Shown: positions 9,236-19,190 of the stretch, one piece after another | Layout: each line of letters begins with the position of its first letter | Numbering within the stretch: the first letter of the stretch is position 1 | Source of the DNA: Bacteroidaceae bacterium | GTDB taxonomy: Bacteria; Bacteroidota; Bacteroidia; Bacteroidales; Bacteroidaceae | Assembly (NCBI GenBank): GCA_900769465.1 | Contig: CAAGGT010000154.1 | Span: 12,144-76,143 of the forward strand | DNA: 64,000 nucleotides | Direction: 5' to 3' | Program-made: the position numbers and the translations under genes | Notes under the pieces: model-generated | Told to the model about the DNA's origin: nothing | The model's input: only the letters and a program-made list of their open reading frames with translations | The model's database searches: none

Positions 9236-9613
9236 ATGGGAAGGAAAAAATTTTCACAAAAGGAATATGACGTCATACGCAAATTGCTGAACAGCAAGAT
9301 GCGCGGCAACCGTTCACAACAGAAGATGGTACGTCACACACTGCGCACGGTTTTTGAGTTCAATATTTCAGATTTCAACATACAGGGCAAGGCCTTTGGG
9401 CCGACCGACCTCGACGAGTGCCTGCGCCGTGGCCGCATACACGTACTTGACGATGCCACAATTGAAGCAATGAAGCTGCGCCATGCCGAGAAGAAACTGC
9501 ACGACGAAGCCATACAGCAGGCCGAGGCTATTGCCGACGGCGAAGCCGTTGACTGGCAGAAAGTTCTGGAGGAGTGGAACGAATACTACAAGAACAACCC
9601 GGAGGAGGCTTAA
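9236..9613 (+). CDS. hypothetical protein (basic N-terminus, acidic C-terminus)
   Basis: Start chosen at the ATG at 9236 (MGRKKFSQKEYDVIRKLLNSKMRG...). The track start at 9053 would read through the divergent promoter region. I recognised no family. Confidence 0.5.
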   Translation: MGRKKFSQKEYDVIRKLLNSKMRGNRSQQKMVRHTLRTVFEFNISDFNIQGKAFGPTDLDECLRRGRIHVLDDATIEAMKLRHAEKKLHDEAIQQAEAIADGEAVDWQKVLEEWNEYYKNNPEEA

Positions 9614-9753
9614 AGGTGAAAGCGGAAAACGGGAACCTGCTTTAACATTTTACTGCGGCAACGCGAACGAGCGTTGCTTGCGACGACTGAACCTTTAGGT
9701 TTACAAAGGAGTGCGACAAGGTCGCCTCAAAGCCAAGGTTCAAGCGCACAGAT

Positions 9754-9796
9754 AAACTAAAAACGGGAAGGTGAATCACCTTTCCGTTTTTAGTTT
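9754..9796. terminator. bidirectional intrinsic terminator between convergent genes
   Basis: Near-perfect ~20-bp stem AAACTAAAAACGGGAAGGTGA / TCACCTTTCCGTTTTTAGTTT, with an A-run on one side and a T-run on the other. Confidence 0.7.
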
Positions 9797-9833
9797 CAAC
9801 CTTTCAGATTTCACCTTTCACTTTTCGGCTCGC

Positions 9834-10370
9834 CTAAACCAGTCCCAATTTCTTTGCGAATTCCCAAATGACCATCCCTGCCGTAACCGACACGTTCAGC
9901 GAATGTTTGGTACCGAATTGGGGAATCTCTATTGCGCCGTCCGACGCATCAACCACAACCTGTTGAACGCCCTTCACCTCGTTGCCCATGACAACCGCAT
10001 AGCGTTCTCCTGCAACAGTTTCAAAATCCTGCAGAGCAATGCTTCCCTCGCACTGTTCTATAGAGAATATCCTGTAACCGTCGGCGCGCAAGGCTGCAAC
10101 AGCATCCATCGTAGACTCGAAATACTGCCACTCCACAACATCCTCGGCACCAAGCGCCGTCTTGTGTATTTCGGCACTGGGAGGTGTTGCCGTTATACCG
10201 CACAACAGAATGCGCTCCACACGGAATGCATCGCCGGTGCGGAACACCGAGCCCACATTATGCAGGCTGCGCACATTGTCAAGCACAACCACCAACGGCA
10301 GTTTCTCGGCAAGGGCAAACGCATTGCGGTCAATGCGCCCCATCTCTGTCACAAGTTTCTTTCTGTTCAT
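9834..10370 (-). CDS. TrmH/SpoU-family RNA 2'-O-methyltransferase
   Basis: 178 aa. LVVVLDNVRSLHNVGSVFRTGDAF and the C-terminal IPQFGTKHSLNVSVTAGMVIWE are SpoU methylase motifs. The start overlaps the upstream stop (ATGA). Confidence 0.8.
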   Translation of the reverse strand: MNRKKLVTEMGRIDRNAFALAEKLPLVVVLDNVRSLHNVGSVFRTGDAFRVERILLCGITATPPSAEIHKTALGAEDVVEWQYFESTMDAVAALRADGYRIFSIEQCEGSIALQDFETVAGERYAVVMGNEVKGVQQVVVDASDGAIEIPQFGTKHSLNVSVTAGMVIWEFAKKLGLV

Positions 10371-11854
10371 AGATATCTGCTCCAGTCAATTTTACGCATA
10401 TCACCTTCGCGCTCATACGCTGTGTTAAGCGCAAGGGCAGCCGCCACATTGTGCGACACGTGGCCGTTCTTCGCAATCTTCAGATAGTCCCACAGCAGGT
10501 TACGGTAATCGGGATGCGCACAGTTCTCAATCAGCAGACGGGCACGCTCGTCGGGCCCTTTGCCGCGCAGGTCGGCAACACCCCACTCCGTTGCCACAAC
10601 ACGCACATCGTGTTCGGTGTGGTCGGCATGGGTAACCATTGGCACGATAGAGCTAATGGCACCGCCCTTTTGTGTCGATGGACACATGAATATCGAGATA
10701 TAGGCATTGCGTGCAAAATCACCCGAACCGCCAATGCCGTTCATCAGGCGTGTACCGCCAATATGCGATGAGTTCACACAACCATACAGGTCTACCGCAA
10801 TGGCAGTATTCATTGCTACAAGACCAAGACGACGGATTACCTCGGGGTGGTTCGATATCTCTGACGGGCGCAGGATGAGCCTGTCGCGGAAGAAATCGAG
10901 ATTGTTATACACGTGCTGCAGACACTCCTGGCTCAACGACAGCGAGCAGGTACTGCCGGCATTCACACGTCCTTTCTCCATGAGCCCGATGACCGAATCC
11001 TGCAACACCTCGGAATAGAGGTCGAGCGGTGGCAGTTCCGCACTATCTTCGAGCGCCTTGAGGACTGCATTGGCCACGTTGCCGATGCCGCTCTGTATGG
11101 GCAATCCCGTTGCAGGGATTATTCCTCGCCTCATATCATTGATGATGAATTCCACCACATTCTCGCCAATCTTCCTTGTCACAGGGTCCAGTTCCTTGAA
11201 CACCACCTGTTCGTTGGGCAGACACACCTCTACAATGCCCACCACCTTCTTGGGGTCCACCTGGACATACGGTTTTCCAATCCTGTCCGAAGCCTTGTAG
11301 ATAGGTATCTCTGTGCGATAAGGCGGGTCTTTGGGTTCATACACATCATGCAGTCCCATAGTGCGATGGAACGTATTGCGTTCTATAATTATCCTGTCGG
11401 CAAGATTGGCCACTGTCTGTCCAATGCCACCGGCTGTAGTGAGATACACCTTTCCGTCGGGGGTTATATCAATAGCCTCAAGGATTGCCACATCCACCTT
11501 TCCAAGATAGCCATAACGCAAATCCTGTGCCATTAGAGAGAGATGAAGGTCGGCATATTCAATCTCCTTGTTGTTTATGGCATCCCTCACTGTAGAGTTG
11601 GATATGAACGGTGCCCTGAAATTAAGCGCTTTGGCGCGGGTGAGGGCTCCATCGATAGCATCACCCGTAGATGCGCCCGTGAACAGATTTATCTTGAATG
11701 GCTTGCCCGCAGCGTGAGCCTCCTCGGCACGCTTGGCAACCTCGGGGAGTACCGTCTTCGGTGTTCCCGAAAGGGTAAAACCGCTTATACCCACGCCGTC
11801 GCCGTTGTTTATGTAACAGGCGGCCTCGGCTGCTGTAAGAATAGGATAACTCAT
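10367..11854 (-). CDS. acetyl-CoA hydrolase/transferase family protein (succinate CoA-transferase-like)
   Basis: 495 aa. The overall pattern is that of the acetyl-CoA hydrolase/transferase family (N-terminal ...GDGVGISGFT..., C-terminal GIGGSGDFARNA). Confidence 0.8.
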   Translation of the reverse strand: MSYPILTAAEAACYINNGDGVGISGFTLSGTPKTVLPEVAKRAEEAHAAGKPFKINLFTGASTGDAIDGALTRAKALNFRAPFISNSTVRDAINNKEIEYADLHLSLMAQDLRYGYLGKVDVAILEAIDITPDGKVYLTTAGGIGQTVANLADRIIIERNTFHRTMGLHDVYEPKDPPYRTEIPIYKASDRIGKPYVQVDPKKVVGIVEVCLPNEQVVFKELDPVTRKIGENVVEFIINDMRRGIIPATGLPIQSGIGNVANAVLKALEDSAELPPLDLYSEVLQDSVIGLMEKGRVNAGSTCSLSLSQECLQHVYNNLDFFRDRLILRPSEISNHPEVIRRLGLVAMNTAIAVDLYGCVNSSHIGGTRLMNGIGGSGDFARNAYISIFMCPSTQKGGAISSIVPMVTHADHTEHDVRVVATEWGVADLRGKGPDERARLLIENCAHPDYRNLLWDYLKIAKNGHVSHNVAAALALNTAYEREGDMRKIDWSRYL

Positions 11855-11881
11855 AATTGTCGTATGTTTATCGTTTGTCTA

Positions 11882-12259
11882 TCAATATTTTCTGGTAAAA
11901 ATCTCGGAATACAGGAATGCACGCTTAGCCTCGGACTTGCTGCTTAATTTCACCAGGCGCTCCCGACCATCCGGCCCTTCGCCCTTCTTTTCGGGAGCGT
12001 CATATGCATCACCCCTTCCTGCCGTGTGCGCAGCACACTTGTCCTTGGCAGTACCCCCCGCGACCTGGTGAGGGGTGGCTTGTGTTGCCGGCGGCACAGG
12101 ATAAACATACTCCTGTCCATCCTCCAACACCTCTATGGGGGGAAAACTCTCACCAAAGACCCGCCCGCCATCATCACCCGGGGTTGTCCGCAGGCTCTTT
12201 ACAACATACACCACGGCATATATTGCGCCAATCACCAAAATAGAAACCAGTGAAACCAT
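11882..12259 (-). CDS. hypothetical membrane-anchored protein
   Basis: 125 aa. One N-terminal TM helix (MVSLVSILVIGAIYAVVYVV), then a Pro/Gly-rich low-complexity region. Packed between the thioesterase and the CoA-transferase. Confidence 0.5.
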   Translation of the reverse strand: MVSLVSILVIGAIYAVVYVVKSLRTTPGDDGGRVFGESFPPIEVLEDGQEYVYPVPPATQATPHQVAGGTAKDKCAAHTAGRGDAYDAPEKKGEGPDGRERLVKLSSKSEAKRAFLYSEIFTRKY

Positions 12260-12272
12260 ATCCAGTCAATTT

Positions 12273-12722
12273 TTATTCACAGACACCTTGCGCCACACCG
12301 GCAGCATTCACAGCCTGAACCTCCCGGAATCTCTCGAGCATATCATCAAACACCTCACCACGTGTCAGGCGGCCATTCTTCAGGCATATTATATCAAGCT
12401 CTCCCTTCAGTACCAAAGCGCCGTCGGCAAGGTTGTATATATCCTGCAGGAAAACAAGCTTCGCACCTTTGCGTTGCGTGTTTATGCACACCACGAACCT
12501 GTCGCCGCCGCGCAGTGGACGCTTGTATTCCAGAGTTATCTTCGAGACCATCAAGTCCACTCCCAGGGTATGCATCTGTGAAAAGCTGCCGCCTATATAC
12601 TCAAGGAATTCGTGACGGGCGTGTTCAAGATAGTGCTGATAGTTGGCGTTGTTCACCACGCCCTGCACGTCGCACTCATAGTCACGCACTTTCATTTCAA
12701 GCCTGTAGATGTAGTTTTCCAT
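12273..12722 (-). CDS. acyl-CoA thioesterase, 4HBT/YbgC-like hot-dog fold
   Basis: 149 aa. YRLEMKVRDYECDVQGVVNNANYQHYLEHARHEFL is the typical YbgC/FadM-type N-terminal motif (catalytic Asp in ECD). Confidence 0.8.
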   Translation of the reverse strand: MENYIYRLEMKVRDYECDVQGVVNNANYQHYLEHARHEFLEYIGGSFSQMHTLGVDLMVSKITLEYKRPLRGGDRFVVCINTQRKGAKLVFLQDIYNLADGALVLKGELDIICLKNGRLTRGEVFDDMLERFREVQAVNAAGVAQGVCE

Positions 12723-12815
12723 AAAAACAAGACATTATCTTTCGCGAAGATACAACAATAAAACAATTAAAGCAGATTTTAAGATATTTTATAGATATTA
12801 TTTGCTATTTTTGCA

Positions 12816-15800
12816 ATGATGGAACAGATGGAAGCGAAGGAAATACAGAATATCTACGCGGCTCACCCGGGGGTTGATGCCCTGATGCAGTTGCGCGAGG
12901 AGGGGGGCAGGAAACGTGTTCACCTCGAGGGTCTGTTGGGCAGTTCGGCCGCTATGACGTTATGCGGCCTCAAGCAGCGCGCCCCCGAGCAGACAATGCT
13001 CATTGTGATGAACGATGCCGAAGAGGCCGGTTATTTCTACCACGATATGATGCAAATGACCGGGGACAGTAACATCCTGTTCTTTCCCTCATCGTTCCGC
13101 AGGGCAATGAAATATGGACAGGAGGACGATGCCAACCGCATCCTGCGCACCGAGGTGATGAGCCGCCTCTCCAACCGTCGCCGCAAGGAGGGACTTGTCA
13201 TTGTCACACATCCCGATGCCCTTGCCGAGAAGGTCGTTTCACAACAGCATCTCGAGGACAAGACACTCACAATAGCCGTAGGCGACAACATAAGCCGCGA
13301 CAGTGTCGAGAAAAAACTGTCCGCACTCAAGTTCAAGGAGGTCACCTACGTCTACGAACCCGGAGAGTTCGCCGTACGTGGCAGCCTCATCGATATTTTC
13401 TCCTTTTCATCGGAATATCCCTACCGCATAGACTTCTTTGGCGACGAGGTCGAGAGCATCAGGACATTCACCGTCGAGGACCAGCTCTCCAAGGAGCGTA
13501 CGGGCGAGGCCACCATTGTCCCCAAGCTCACCGGTAGCCAGGCTGTTGCAATAACAGAGTTCCTGCCCAAGAACGCCATACTGGTAACAAAAGAGATCAC
13601 ATTCGTAAAGGGTTGCATAGACAAACTCAACAACGAGGGATTTACCCTGCAGGCAAGACTATCCGACGAGGCCCTGCCCCAAATGCCGGAGCTAATGACT
13701 GCCGACGAGCTTGAGCGCTATGCCAGGAACACCAGACATTGGGAGCTGCGCGCACAATCAAACGGCAACTGCACCAAAGTAACATTCGACACATCGTTGC
13801 AGCAACTGTTCCACAAGGACTTTGACCTTGTGAACTGGAACTTCAAGCACCTCATCGATAGTGGCTACAGGCTCTTGCTCCTCACAGACGATATGCACCA
13901 GGCCGAGCGTCTGAAGGCAATTTTTGAGGAGCGTGGCGACAACATACCCTTTACCCCGATAGGGCGCACCATACACCAGGGATTCTGCGACAACACATTG
14001 AAAATAGCCCTTTTCACCGACCACCAGCTCTTCGGTCGCTTCCATAATTTCCGTCTGCGCAGCGAACGTGCCCGCAACGGCAAGGCCGCACTCACAATCA
14101 AGGAACTCAAGGAGTTCGGCATAGGTGATTACATAGTACACATTGACCACGGCATTGGCAAGTTCGGCGGCCTGGTGCGCATTCCCAACGGCGGAGTGAC
14201 ACAGGAGGCCATCAAGCTCATATACAGGAACGACGACGTTGTGTTCGTGTCAATCCATAACCTGCACAAGATTTCAAAATACAGGGGCAAGGAGGGCGAT
14301 GCGCCACAGGTGAACAAACTCGGCACCGGTGCATGGGAGAGGATGAAGGAACGCACCAAGAACAAGATTAAGGACATAGCCCGCGACCTCATCAAGCTCT
14401 ACTCACAGCGCTACAAGGAGGAGGGTTTTGCCTTCTCGCCCGACAGCTATCTGCAGAACGAACTCGAGGCAAGCTTCATCTACGAGGATACCCCCGACCA
14501 GTTCAAGGCTACCAATGAGGTCAAGCAGGACATGGAGCGCAAGCGCCCCATGGACCGTCTCATATGCGGCGACGTGGGATTCGGAAAAACCGAAGTGGCA
14601 ATACGCGCAGCCTTCAAGGCCGCAACCGACGGCAAACAGGTGGCCGTTCTTGTGCCCACCACCGTGCTTGCCTACCAGCACTACCTCACTTTCAAGGAAC
14701 GCCTTAAGGATTTCCCCTGCAACGTGCAGTACCTGAGCCGCGCCCGCAATGCCTCAACCACCAAGAAGGTTCTCGAGGAGATAAAGGAAGGCAAGGTCGA
14801 CATCGTAATAGGCACACACAAGCTCACAAGCAAAGAGGTCAAGTTCAAGGACTTGGGACTGCTCATCATTGACGAGGAGCAGAAGTTCGGCGTTGCCGTC
14901 AAGGAGAAGCTGCGCCAGTTCAAGGTGAATGTCGACACCCTTACAATGACCGCCACCCCCATCCCACGCACCCTGCAGTTCTCCATTATGGGAGCGCGCG
15001 ACCTCTCCATCATACAGACACCGCCTCCCAACCGTTACCCCATCCACACCGAAATACACAATTTCGATGCAGAGATAATAAAGGAAGCCATCAGCTTTGA
15101 GTTGAGCCGTAACGGACAGGTATTCCTCATCACCAACAGGATATCGGGAATGGAAGAACTGGCCAATATGATAAGGCGACACGTCCCCGATGCACGCGTG
15201 TGCATAGGACACGGACAGATGGAGCCCGCCGAGCTTGAGAAAAGACTTTATGAATTCATCAACCACGACCACGATGTACTCATTGCCACCTCCATTGTCG
15301 AGAACGGCATAGACATCCCCAATGTCAACACAATCATCATCAATCAGGCGCAGAACTTCGGACTCAGCGATCTGCACCAGATGCGTGGCCGCGTAGGACG
15401 TGGCAAACGCAAGGCATTCTGCTATATGCTCACCCCACCGCGTGAGAGCCTGAACACCGATGCGCGCCGCCGCCTCGAAGCCATAGAGAGTTTCAGCGAG
15501 CTTGGCAGCGGAATGAGCATTGCAATGCAGGACCTCGACATACGTGGCGCAGGCAACCTTTTGGGTGCCGAACAGAGCGGCTTCATTGCCGACCTGGGCT
15601 ACGAGGCCTATCAAAAGATTCTTGCCGAAGCTGTCAGGGAACTCAAGGAGGATGAGTTTGCCGATATTCTGATGCGGGAGGAGAGTGAAAGCGCAGCCGA
15701 CAACTATGTGAAGGAGTGTTTTGTAGAGAGCGACCTTGAGCTGCTGTTCCCCGCCCTTTATGTACCGGACAGCAACGAACGTATACTGCTTTACCGCGAA

Positions 15801-16205
15801 CTCGATTCGCTCACAGACAGCAGGGAGATAGAAGCCTTCAGGGCAAGGATGAAAGACCGTTTCGGCACCATTCCTCAGGAGGGCGAAGAGCTTATCAGAG
15901 TAGTCACAATGCGCCACGAGGCACAAAAATTGGGCATTGAGAAGATATACCTCAAAGGAGGCAAGATGAATCTTTTCCTTGTAGACACACGCAACGAGCG
16001 TTACTACACCGGTGAACTCTTTGGCAGCATAATGAGTTACATCCCCACCAGCCAATTCAACTGCAAGGTACGCGAGGGCGACGGACGCTGCATAATCACC
16101 GTTGAAAACGTGAAAAATGTAGAAACAGCGCTTGCTTTCATTGAGGAAATACAACGACACGCCAATATCTCAAGACAAACAACCGACAACAATTGGAACC
16201 ATTAA
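12816..16205 (+). CDS. mfd: transcription-repair coupling factor
   Basis: 1129 aa. Superfamily-2 helicase motifs GDVGFGKTEVA and IIDEEQKFG, a CarD-like segment (DYIVHIDHGIGKFGG) and a TRCF C-terminal domain. Confidence 0.95.
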   Translation: MMEQMEAKEIQNIYAAHPGVDALMQLREEGGRKRVHLEGLLGSSAAMTLCGLKQRAPEQTMLIVMNDAEEAGYFYHDMMQMTGDSNILFFPSSFRRAMKYGQEDDANRILRTEVMSRLSNRRRKEGLVIVTHPDALAEKVVSQQHLEDKTLTIAVGDNISRDSVEKKLSALKFKEVTYVYEPGEFAVRGSLIDIFSFSSEYPYRIDFFGDEVESIRTFTVEDQLSKERTGEATIVPKLTGSQAVAITEFLPKNAILVTKEITFVKGCIDKLNNEGFTLQARLSDEALPQMPELMTADELERYARNTRHWELRAQSNGNCTKVTFDTSLQQLFHKDFDLVNWNFKHLIDSGYRLLLLTDDMHQAERLKAIFEERGDNIPFTPIGRTIHQGFCDNTLKIALFTDHQLFGRFHNFRLRSERARNGKAALTIKELKEFGIGDYIVHIDHGIGKFGGLVRIPNGGVTQEAIKLIYRNDDVVFVSIHNLHKISKYRGKEGDAPQVNKLGTGAWERMKERTKNKIKDIARDLIKLYSQRYKEEGFAFSPDSYLQNELEASFIYEDTPDQFKATNEVKQDMERKRPMDRLICGDVGFGKTEVAIRAAFKAATDGKQVAVLVPTTVLAYQHYLTFKERLKDFPCNVQYLSRARNASTTKKVLEEIKEGKVDIVIGTHKLTSKEVKFKDLGLLIIDEEQKFGVAVKEKLRQFKVNVDTLTMTATPIPRTLQFSIMGARDLSIIQTPPPNRYPIHTEIHNFDAEIIKEAISFELSRNGQVFLITNRISGMEELANMIRRHVPDARVCIGHGQMEPAELEKRLYEFINHDHDVLIATSIVENGIDIPNVNTIIINQAQNFGLSDLHQMRGRVGRGKRKAFCYMLTPPRESLNTDARRRLEAIESFSELGSGMSIAMQDLDIRGAGNLLGAEQSGFIADLGYEAYQKILAEAVRELKEDEFADILMREESESAADNYVKECFVESDLELLFPALYVPDSNERILLYRELDSLTDSREIEAFRARMKDRFGTIPQEGEELIRVVTMRHEAQKLGIEKIYLKGGKMNLFLVDTRNERYYTGELFGSIMSYIPTSQFNCKVREGDGRCIITVENVKNVETALAFIEEIQRHANISRQTTDNNWNH

Positions 16206-16218
16206 AACAATATAAATT

Positions 16219-17625
16219 ATGAGAAAGACAAGACTACTAGGCTGCATTGCGGCGGCCCTGCTGCTGTCGACCGGAGCCGCAGCGCAGAACAACGGCGGCA
16301 TCGACTCGCAGATGCTCAAGGAACTGAGCGACAGCTACAAACCCACTACGGCCGAGAAGGCACTCCAGAACATCCTGCTTTCGCAGCCAATCAAAGGACT
16401 GGCATTGAACCAGGAGAACCTCAACGAGCTTGACACCTATTTCAGCCACAGCGTGCCATCAAAAGGCATCACAAACCAGAAGTCATCGGGCCGTTGCTGG
16501 TTGTTCACCGGCCTCAACGTAATGCGCGCAAAGATGATAGCAAGCGAGAACCTCGGTGCATTCGAGTTCTCACAGGTGTACAACTTCTTTTTCGACCAGC
16601 TGGAGAAATCGAACCTTTTCCTGCAGGGTATCATCGACACACGCAAGAAACCCATCGACGACCGCACTGTGGAGTGGCTCCTGAAGCACCCACTCAGCGA
16701 CGGCGGCACATTCACCGGCGTTGCCGACCTTGTTGCAAAATATGGCGTTGTACCCAAAGGCGTGATGAAGGAGACCTACACCAGTGACAACACAAGCGCA
16801 TTCTCATCCATCCTCACACGCAAACTGCGTGAATTCGCCATCGAGCTTCGCAAGGATCACGAGAGTGGCGCAAAGGAGAAAGAGCTGCAGATTATGAAGA
16901 AGGAGCAGTTGAAGATAGTCTACAAGATGCTTGCCAATGTATACGGCGTTCCCCCGACCGAATTTTTGTGGGCACCAAAGGATGCAAACGGCAAATACCG
17001 CGAAGAACCACAGATATACACCCCCAAAGCATTCTACGAAAAATATGTAAACATAAACATGCAGGACGACTATGTGATGTTCATGAACGACCCTGCACGT
17101 CCATACTGGAAGAGCTATGAGATTGAGTACGACCGCCACCTCTACGACGGACACAACTGGCTCTATATCAACCTCCCCATCGAGGAAATCAAGGCAATGG
17201 CCATTGCATCAATCAAGGACAGCACAATGATGTACTTCTCGTGCGACGTTGGCAAGTACCTCAACTCGGAGCGCGGAACACTTGACCTCAACAACTTCAA
17301 ATACGAGGAGCTCTTTGGCGTTGAGTTCGGGATGGACAAGCGCGAGCGCATTATGTCGTTCGACAGCGGTTCATCACACGCAATGACACTGATGGCCGTA
17401 GACCTTGACAAGGAGGGCAACCCCAAGAAGTGGCAGGTCGAGAACAGCTGGGGCGCGCAGTCGGGCTTCAACGGCACACTCATCATGACCGACGAGTGGT
17501 TCAACGAGTATATGTTCCGCCTTGTGGTTGACAAGAAATATGTACCCGAGAACATTCTCAAGATTCTTGACGAGAAACCCACAATGCTCCCCGCTTGGGA
17601 CCCGATGTTCACACCCGAGGAATAG
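16219..17625 (+). CDS. pepC: C1-family aminopeptidase C / bleomycin hydrolase-like cysteine peptidase, with signal peptide
   Basis: 468 aa. Catalytic-Cys context QKSSGRCWLFTGLN and C-terminal HAMTLMAV...ENSWG (His/Asn region). The N-terminus MRKTRLLGCIAAALLLSTGAAAQ looks like a signal peptide. Confidence 0.85.
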   Translation: MRKTRLLGCIAAALLLSTGAAAQNNGGIDSQMLKELSDSYKPTTAEKALQNILLSQPIKGLALNQENLNELDTYFSHSVPSKGITNQKSSGRCWLFTGLNVMRAKMIASENLGAFEFSQVYNFFFDQLEKSNLFLQGIIDTRKKPIDDRTVEWLLKHPLSDGGTFTGVADLVAKYGVVPKGVMKETYTSDNTSAFSSILTRKLREFAIELRKDHESGAKEKELQIMKKEQLKIVYKMLANVYGVPPTEFLWAPKDANGKYREEPQIYTPKAFYEKYVNINMQDDYVMFMNDPARPYWKSYEIEYDRHLYDGHNWLYINLPIEEIKAMAIASIKDSTMMYFSCDVGKYLNSERGTLDLNNFKYEELFGVEFGMDKRERIMSFDSGSSHAMTLMAVDLDKEGNPKKWQVENSWGAQSGFNGTLIMTDEWFNEYMFRLVVDKKYVPENILKILDEKPTMLPAWDPMFTPEE

Positions 17626-17647
17626 ACAAAGCATAATGCAATACAAT

Positions 17648-17678
17648 AAAAAGCTGCCTTAACGGGCAGCTTTTTATT
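17648..17678 (+). terminator. intrinsic terminator after pepC-like gene
   Basis: AAAAAGCTGCC-ttaac-GGGCAGCTTTTT followed by ATT. Confidence 0.7.
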
Positions 17679-17793
17679 GTTAAAACCGATAACACTATTC
17701 GTTATTAACAATAAATCAACAGGCATTTACTACAAAAAAGAAAATACTTTTGCAACCGGAAAATAAAAACACGAAAAACAACGATATACAGAT

Positions 17794-19131
17794 ATGACAC
17801 ACAACTACAGTTTCAAGAGCATGGTCAAGAAATATGTGAACAGCAGTGCTGTTCTCATAGTATGTACCATTTTTGCTCTTATTTTTGCAAACTCACCGCT
17901 GAAAGATGAATTCTTCAGTTTCTGGAATCAGGAGGTTTGCCTTTCAATTGGAGAATTCAACCTCTTCAGCCACAACGGCCATCCAATGACACTCATACAG
18001 GTGATCAACGATTTTCTGATGGCAATTTTCTTCCTTTCAGTGGGCCTTGAAATCAAACGCGAGATACTTGTGGGCGAGCTCTCATCTGCCAAGAAAGCAA
18101 TGTTGCCAATCATTGGCGCGTGTGGCGGTATGCTCATTCCAGTACTCTTCTTTTGGCTCACTTGCCCCAACAACCCCGACATGATGCGCGGCGTAGCCAT
18201 CCCGATGGCAACGGACATTGCATTCTCGCTGGGTGTGCTCTCAATCTTTGACAAGAGAGTCCCCATTGGCCTTAAGATTTTCCTTGCAGCACTTGCCGTA
18301 GCCGATGACCTCGGCGGTATCATTGTAATCGCACTTTTCTATTCATCAACGATAGACCTCAATTACCTGATGCTTGCCGGTGCGTGTGTAGCACTCCTCA
18401 TCATCGGTAACAACAGGAAGATAATGTCGAAGAACTTCTACCTTGTAACAGGCCTTGTGCTTTGGTACTTTATGCTCAACTCGGGCATCCACTCAACCAT
18501 AGCCGGTGTCATTGTGGCGTTCTGCACACCCGGTTCACTGCGCAAGGGAGCCACACGTTACATTGAACGCATTAAGGAGAACATAAATACCTTCAACGAG
18601 GTTCACACTGTAGGCAAGCACCACACCGCAATACTCACAAACGAAGAGATACACAAGCTAAAGAGTATCGAGTCGGCTGCCGACAAATTAATCAGCCCGT
18701 TGCAGGAGTTCGAGGACAGCCTGCACAACATCATCGGTTATTTCATCATTCCGCTGTTTGCCTTTGCCAATGTAGGCATCGACCTCTCGGCAATGAGCAT
18801 AGGAAGCATCTTCAGCGGCATCGGACTCTCTGTAATCATTGGTCTTGTGGCCGGTAAATTCATCGGAGTGTTCTCATTCTCGTGGATAGCAATAAAACTG
18901 GGCGTTGTACAGCTTCCACAGGGAGCCGATTGGAAATCATTTGCATCGGTGTGTATGCTTTGCGGCATTGGCCTCACCGTATCAATCTTCATTGCCGACC
19001 TTTCATACGCAGCGCTGGGCAGCGGAGTCTCACTCCTTTCCGAAGCGAAACTCGGTATCCTGTGCGGTTCGCTCCTTTCCGCAATCATCGGTTGCCTGTT
19101 GCTGAACCGTTTCCTGCCCAAAGAGGCGTAA
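17794..19131 (+). CDS. nhaA: Na+/H+ antiporter NhaA
   Basis: 445 aa polytopic protein. FFLSVGLEIKREILVGELS and ATDIAFSLGVL / LAVADDLGGIIVIALFY are conserved NhaA segments. Confidence 0.9.
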   Translation: MTHNYSFKSMVKKYVNSSAVLIVCTIFALIFANSPLKDEFFSFWNQEVCLSIGEFNLFSHNGHPMTLIQVINDFLMAIFFLSVGLEIKREILVGELSSAKKAMLPIIGACGGMLIPVLFFWLTCPNNPDMMRGVAIPMATDIAFSLGVLSIFDKRVPIGLKIFLAALAVADDLGGIIVIALFYSSTIDLNYLMLAGACVALLIIGNNRKIMSKNFYLVTGLVLWYFMLNSGIHSTIAGVIVAFCTPGSLRKGATRYIERIKENINTFNEVHTVGKHHTAILTNEEIHKLKSIESAADKLISPLQEFEDSLHNIIGYFIIPLFAFANVGIDLSAMSIGSIFSGIGLSVIIGLVAGKFIGVFSFSWIAIKLGVVQLPQGADWKSFASVCMLCGIGLTVSIFIADLSYAALGSGVSLLSEAKLGILCGSLLSAIIGCLLLNRFLPKEA

Positions 19132-19146
19132 ATTGTACTCTCAATA

Positions 19147-19185
19147 AATTACGTGGCCGTTCCTGATTGGTACGGCCACGTAATT
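19147..19185. terminator. bidirectional terminator between nhaA and the M28 peptidase gene
   Basis: 14-bp perfect inverted repeat AATTACGTGGCCGT ... ACGGCCACGTAATT between convergent stops. Confidence 0.7.
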
Positions 19186-19190
19186 ATATC

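Noticed and set aside
9025-9309. 94-aa minus-strand ORF in the divergent promoter region between the ABC exporter and the 9236 gene
   Set aside because: It spans the two TAccTTTG boxes and the 5' end of the plus-strand gene. Its hydrophobic, Cys-rich composition is typical of AT-rich noise.
14754-16160. 468-aa ORF on the minus strand, entirely inside mfd
   Set aside because: Its codons are in exact register with the mfd codons (both have codon low coordinates congruent to 0 mod 3). It is therefore a shadow ORF that stays open only because the sense gene rarely uses TTA/CTA/TCA. The protein is Leu/Val/Ala-rich with no motifs, and mfd on the plus strand is unambiguous.
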